The notes under the pieces are model-generated. The model had not been told where the DNA came from. It worked only from the letters and a program-made list of their open reading frames with translations, and searched no databases. Below are positions 59,345 through 64,000 of a DNA stretch of 64,000 nt, in pieces. The position numbers were made by a program, and so were the translations under genes. The stretch comes from Dictyostelium discoideum (taxonomy: Eukaryota), in the NCBI GenBank assembly GCA_000004695.1, contig CM000151.3, positions 2,432,001 to 2,496,000 of the forward strand, written 5' to 3'. Within the stretch, counting starts at the first letter, position 1. Every line of letters begins with the position of its first letter.

Positions 59345-60014
59345 GAAAAAAAAAAAAAAAAAAAAAAAAAAAATAATAATAATAATAAACAATTATTTGT
59401 ATAATATGTTTTCATATTTATTTAAGTTTCATTAAAAAAAGATAATAGTAATACTAATAATAAATAAATTTTAAAGCCATTTATTACTTTTTTTTTTTTT
59501 TTTTTTAAATAAACTTAAAGAAATAACATATAAATTTGGCTACGTACCCAACCTCTTTATGATTTTTCTTGGTAAATTAGAAGGTTGGCTTCTTTTTATA
59601 GTTGAATTGTCCCGAATTCTTTAAATACTTTCCTTTCCTTTCCTTTCCTTTTTTTTTTTAATTAAATATAAAATTTAATTAAACAATTAAATTATATCTA
59701 AATATATATTTGATTAGTGATACTAAGGATTACTATTATTTTAATATATATTTAAATTTTAATATAATTTAAATAATGTGCGCTGAATATTTATCTTTAT
59801 TATATTTTATTCGAAGGAATAACAAAAACCATTTTTTTTTATTTATATTGAGTTTTGAAATTTCATTTGATTTTTGTTCGAATAAAAGTAAATTTTTTAT
59901 TTAAAATTAATTTGTTATTGTAATCCTGAACAAATAGAAAAAAAAAATTATAATTTTTTTTTTTTGAATTTTTCTTAATATTGTAACTGCTAATAAAATT
60001 TACATTTTCACCAA

Positions 60015-60088
60015 GCCTTAGTAGCTCAGTTGGTACGAGCGTGAGACTGAAGATCTTAAGGTCGCTGGTTCGATCCCGGCCTGAGGCA
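60015..60088 (+). tRNA. tRNA-Phe (anticodon GAA)
   Basis: GCCTTAG acceptor stem pairing with CTGAGGC (one G-U), discriminator A; D-arm GCTC-AGTTGGTAC-GAGC; anticodon arm TGAGA-CTGAAGA-TCTTA with GAA at positions 34-36; T-arm GCTGG-TTCGATC-CCGGC. No intron and no encoded CCA. Confidence 0.9.
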
Positions 60089-60118
60089 AATTTTTACACA
60101 CAAAAATCCTTTGATCGC

Positions 60119-60131
60119 AAGTTCGATCTCT
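60119..60131 (+). promoter_or_regulatory. Extra B box (exB) downstream of the tRNA gene
   Basis: AAGTTCGATCTC, ~30 bp downstream of the tRNA 3' end, resembles the internal B box GGTTCGATCC. Downstream extra B boxes are a known feature of Dictyostelium tRNA genes. Confidence 0.55.
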
Positions 60132-61059
60132 GCTTTAATTTTTTTTTTTTTTTTTGATATAAATAAACTATTGTAGTATACAATTAGTACTTTATTTATT
60201 TATTTTAGGTTTTTTAGTTTTTGTGAATTTAAAATGGTATGTTATTTTAGATTAGGTAATTAATAATTAATTGGTGGTGTAATTGTTGGAATTGGTTTCA
60301 GCATTGGTTTGTGTTTATGCTCCATTCTTTTTTAAATTTTTTGATGGTTTCGGGCCATTGGGTTTCTTTTTGAGTTTTTGTGAGGTTGTTTTTAATTGAG
60401 TATTGGTTAAAGTTTGATAATGTTCTGGAATATTCCAATCTTATTAGCTTGTGCCATTTTGATTTTAATATATCATAATCTAGTGTTGTGTTGTTTATTT
60501 GGTTGTTCCAATTGTCAATTGATTGAGTTATATTGATGTCAAATAATGATTTGCATAACCATATCCATATTTGGTGAATAACTAATGAGATTATGTTCCA
60601 ATATGCATGTGTTCTGACTAGATCAAGATTTGTGTTTATATAATTCCAGTTGAACCTGTATTTTTTATATTGTGCGTTTTCTGCAAAATGAAAATTAATA
60701 TTGATAGTTGGATCTGGTTTAAATGCTTTGTTGTTTGTTTGTGGTTTATAAATGAGTGTGTATAATTTTGTTGTTTGGTTTTTTGTTAGTGACCAGTTTT
60801 TGTTTCCATTGCAATTTTTATATATAAAATATTTTAATTTGTCGTGGTTTATGAAGTTGATTGTGTGCTGACAATTGAAAAACAAATGACCATAGGGATC
60901 ATTATTCATTTCATTGTTGCAAATGGAGCAAACTTTGTTGTGTAGATGATTAATCGGAAGACATCTAGCATGGAATCTTTGCATTGTATCACGGCCTTTT
61001 GGATCTTTTAATTTTTGAATTTTGACAAATAGTTGGTCGTATGTGTATTTCCATAATAG

Positions 61060-62500
61060 TTATATTGATTGTTGGTGCGAAGTAAGAAGTAGATCTGAAT
61101 ATTTCTTTCCTATATAGTCTTTTGATTTACATTGGTGATTGTTGAGTATTGTCGAGTAGATTTCTTTGAGTGTTGGTGGTAGTGAAATATTATTTGTGGT
61201 TAATGTTTGAGTGGTTTGGTTTTTTATTAATATTGGTTGTAGGGTTTGAATTTTATCTTTTAGATATCTAATTTGAGTTGCATAGTTTTCCCATTCTTTT
61301 TTGATTTTTATAAGGAATGGAGAAGAGATTGACTTGTTGATGATTTGATCCATCCAACTTATCATGTATATTGAATTGTTTGCAGATTTATGCATTTGTA
61401 AAAATATGTTGTATATCCAAATCTTTTGAGCAGCTTGTCGTAATTGTATATTCCACATACCCCAACCACCTTCTTTTAATAGTTTTAATGATCTATCATA
61501 ACACATCAAAGGTATTTTTGCACGTGAATGGATGGTTGATGTGTTGTTTTCAATGGAATTGGTATTGAGAGTTGGTGATTCAGAATTTGCGGGAGAATTC
61601 ATAAACCATGAGATTAATTTATTAATTTGAATTTCTTCATCTTTTGTAAATTCTTCAAGGTATGATAAATATGTTATTGGTGATAGTGAGTAAGTGTTTA
61701 TGATGGTTGTTTTTGTTTTTAATGTTGTGCCACTAGTTTTCCATAGTACTAATGATTTGATCAGTGTTTTCATTGTTTCTGGTAATTTCCTATGTAAACC
61801 ATTATGATTAAAGAAATAGCCAAGAACTCTTTCTGATTGATCTTTTTTGGTTATTGGTATTCTTTTTGATTGTGGAATGTTGTTTATTAAGTGTTTATCA
61901 GTGATTTTGTGGGGGTTGATTTCTATTATTGCACTTTTGTCAAAATTTAATGATGATGATGTTGAAGCGCAGAAATTATCGAAATGTTTGATTGATTGTT
62001 GTTGTTGTTCGTAGTTGATGTTGTATGTTGTAGAGTCTTCTGCAAATTGGGTAAATTTGATTTTAATTTGTGGATTGGGTGAAATTGGTAATCCAATTAT
62101 TGTATTGTCTGCATTTATTGTTCTTGCTAATATTTCAATTACAATTACAAATAAAGTGGCTGAGATTGGGTCACCTTGTTTTACACAACTTTTAATATCG
62201 AATTTTCTAGTCGTTTTACCATTAATTGAAATTTTTGCTTGTGAGTCAGATAAAAGCTTGTGGATTATATTTATTAATTTTATTGGTATACCAATATGAA
62301 TTAATGTTCTTTTAATACTATCGTGAGAATCAAATGCTTTAAAGAAGTCAAATAGTGTGATGTTACCAGGGAGGTTTTTAGATTTGAGGTAGTTGATTAA
62401 TTCATTGATGTTGATGATGTTGTCTATGATAAATCTGTAGGGTACGAAACCAGTTTGGTTGATGTTGACGATGAAGGGAAGTATTCTCAGAAGGTAATTT
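61060..62500 (-). CDS. Reverse-transcriptase domain segment of the retrotransposon ORF2
   Basis: Continuous minus-strand frame containing RT motifs 1-7 (…QTGFVPYRF…FDFFKAFDSHD…GDPISATLF…FAEDSTTY…). Confidence 0.6.
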
Positions 62501-63549
62501 TTGCATCTTTTGATCTTTGTTTAGTATTGCTGATAGATACTTATAGGTATTTCTCCTTTATTTGTTTGTGTGGTTTTGATGTAATTTGTTTTTGTTACAT
62601 ATAATATTGTATTCAGCGATGCATTGTTTTTCAAGATGTTTAAATTTTGCTGCTTTTTCTAATAGTATTTGTTTTGCACGTTGAGTTTGTTTGTCTTTGT
62701 TATATTGATAGTTTTTTAGAGTTTTAATAATTTTTGATTTTACTTTTGACCAATTTGTAAATTGATTGATTGATGTGTTATTGTGATTAGTTATTAAATG
62801 ATTGATAATATTGATTGCTTCATGGTCATTTGCAGTACCAGGTGATAATATCCATCTTTTCTTATGTTTATTTATTTGAAAAGGTGAAGAAATTGTTGTT
62901 GATACTGGATTATGATCTGATAATGAAGATGGAATTTGGTGGACTTGTGTATAAATTTTCAGGGTCTATTCTATTGTAATGAGTATATATTCTATCTAAT
63001 CTGTTGCCATGTGTATGAGTTGGAGTGTTTTTAAATTCACCTTGATCAATTAGATGGTGTTGGTATGTGTAGGATTGGATAATATCGTCTAATAGTGAAT
63101 TGTCGTTGTGGATACAGTTGAAATCGCCTGCGATAATAGATACATGTTGGGATTGGTTTGGTATTGGGTTTGTTGAGTGGTTGTGGAGAAGTGTTTGTAG
63201 TGAAGTTGTTATGAATTCTTTTTGATGGTATCATTTGATGCTGGTGCATAAATTCCAAGAATACCAATTGGTAATTGATTTGGAAATATAACGTCTGCTA
63301 AAATAGCTCTACCATCAATTGTTGATATGTGTTTGAGTTTGAGTGTGTTTGGGTTATGCTTTAATGTTTTTGTCTTAGTAAACAAAGGAAAACAATTAAT
63401 ATTATAAGAATGCTGTAAAGGTCAATCAGAACTAACTTTATTTTTTTTTAGTTTTTACAATTTTCGACCGAGAAGTTTCGAATGAAAACTCTAAATTATA
63501 TAAAACTAAATAAATTATTATTTTAATTATTATTGTTTAATTGTAATCA

Positions 63550-63882
63550 TTACTGTAACAACTGGTGGTCGGTATCATCAGTGTTAATTTTTCCTAATGA
63601 TTTCTTTATTGTGTTGGTTATTGCTGCTGAAGTTATTGGTGTTGTAATGTTGGGTGATGATGGTGGTGTCGTATGATTATTCAATTGTTGTTGAGATTGT
63701 TGATTTATTAATTGAATGTGTTGTTGAAGAAGTTGATTTTGTTTATCTATTACCTGCTGCTGTTCCCTTATCTGACGTTGCTGTTCATTGAATGTTGATA
63801 CCTGTGGTTGTTGCTGTTGTTCCTCATTATCCTGTTGTTGCAATTCATCATTATCAATATCTTCGTTATTATTAGTTGACAT
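63550..63882 (-). CDS. Retrotransposon ORF1-like protein (Q-rich, 110 aa)
   Basis: MSTNNNEDIDNDELQQQDNEEQQQQPQVSTFNEQQRQIREQQQVIDKQNQLLQQHIQLINQQSQQQ…, sitting 5' of the APE/RT ORF on the same strand. Confidence 0.45.
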   Translation of the reverse strand: MSTNNNEDIDNDELQQQDNEEQQQQPQVSTFNEQQRQIREQQQVIDKQNQLLQQHIQLINQQSQQQLNNHTTPPSSPNITTPITSAAITNTIKKSLGKINTDDTDHQLLQ

Positions 63883-64000
63883 TCTCTTAAAATAAATTAT
63901 TTAATAAAATTTAATTATTTATTTATTCTATTATTAAAGTAAAATGATTAATTATTTAAGAAATAAATGTACACAAAATTAATTAATGACCGTAGCCCTA

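Larger units (their letters stand above)
60139..64000 (-). mobile_element. Non-LTR (poly-A type) retrotransposon of the tRNA-gene-targeting TRE class, TRE3-like configuration: 3' oligo(A) end facing the tRNA, ORF1 and APE-RT-zinc-knuckle ORF2 on the minus strand. 5' end truncated by the window; ORF2 frame-disrupted.
   Basis: T18 run at 60139-60156 (A-tail on minus) immediately after the exB box. Minus-strand ORFs: 63550-63882 (Q-rich ORF1-like); RT region ~62500-61060 with QTGFVPYRFIIDNI, LFDFFKAFDS, SCVKQGDPISATLFVIVIEIL, FAEDSTTY; C-terminal Cys/His knuckle CSICNNEMNNDPYGHLFFNCQH in 60298-60984. The ORF2 pieces lie in at least three frames (breaks near 63270, 63046 and 61060/60984). Confidence 0.7.

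Noticed and set aside
60298-61773. Calling the retrotransposon ORF2 fragments as intact host genes
   Set aside because: They carry RT and CCHC motifs, lie in multiple frames, and are contiguous with an oligo(A) 3' end next to a tRNA gene. They are parts of a degenerate mobile element.

Overview
This window is AT-rich, intron-containing eukaryotic DNA with long homopolymer tracts, (ATT)n/(TAA)n microsatellites and poly-N/Q/T-rich proteins, typical of Dictyostelium discoideum. That assignment rests on one protein I recognise outright, discoidin I, plus FNIP repeats and a tRNA with a downstream extra B box. It is gene-dense chromosomal DNA, about 30 protein-coding genes, most with 1-4 short AT-rich introns; it is not a prokaryotic or viral locus and has no CRISPR array or rRNA. 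Recognisable genes: an HPS5-like beta-propeller protein apparently fused to a C-terminal RING-H2 (two exons), a CBM20 + GDPD glycerophosphodiesterase (GPCPD1-like), a RING/TRAF-zinc-finger/FNIP-repeat protein, three tandem cytochrome P450 paralogues sharing intron positions, a Rab GTPase with a substituted catalytic Gln, a CAD-type zinc alcohol dehydrogenase, discoidin I, an L-type-lectin-domain protein, proteasome beta subunit PSMB4, endonuclease V, and a large IRE1/RNase-L-like kinase + KEN-domain protein (Dictyostelium irl family) with a non-canonical catalytic loop. Accessory-type content: a decaying tandem array of a secreted-protein gene that carries a repeated upstream sequence module; a cluster of four small Cys-motif ORFs, mixed orientation, some frameshifted; a truncated, frameshifted GST-like gene; a pair of unknown-family paralogues; and a tRNA-Phe(GAA) with a downstream extra B box next to a non-LTR retrotransposon (ORF1 + APE/RT/zinc-knuckle ORF2) whose 3' oligo(A) end faces the tRNA, the TRE3-type targeting configuration. 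All coordinates and exon junctions were derived by eye from the sequence and the ORF track; splice sites are GT..AG inferences and approximate.
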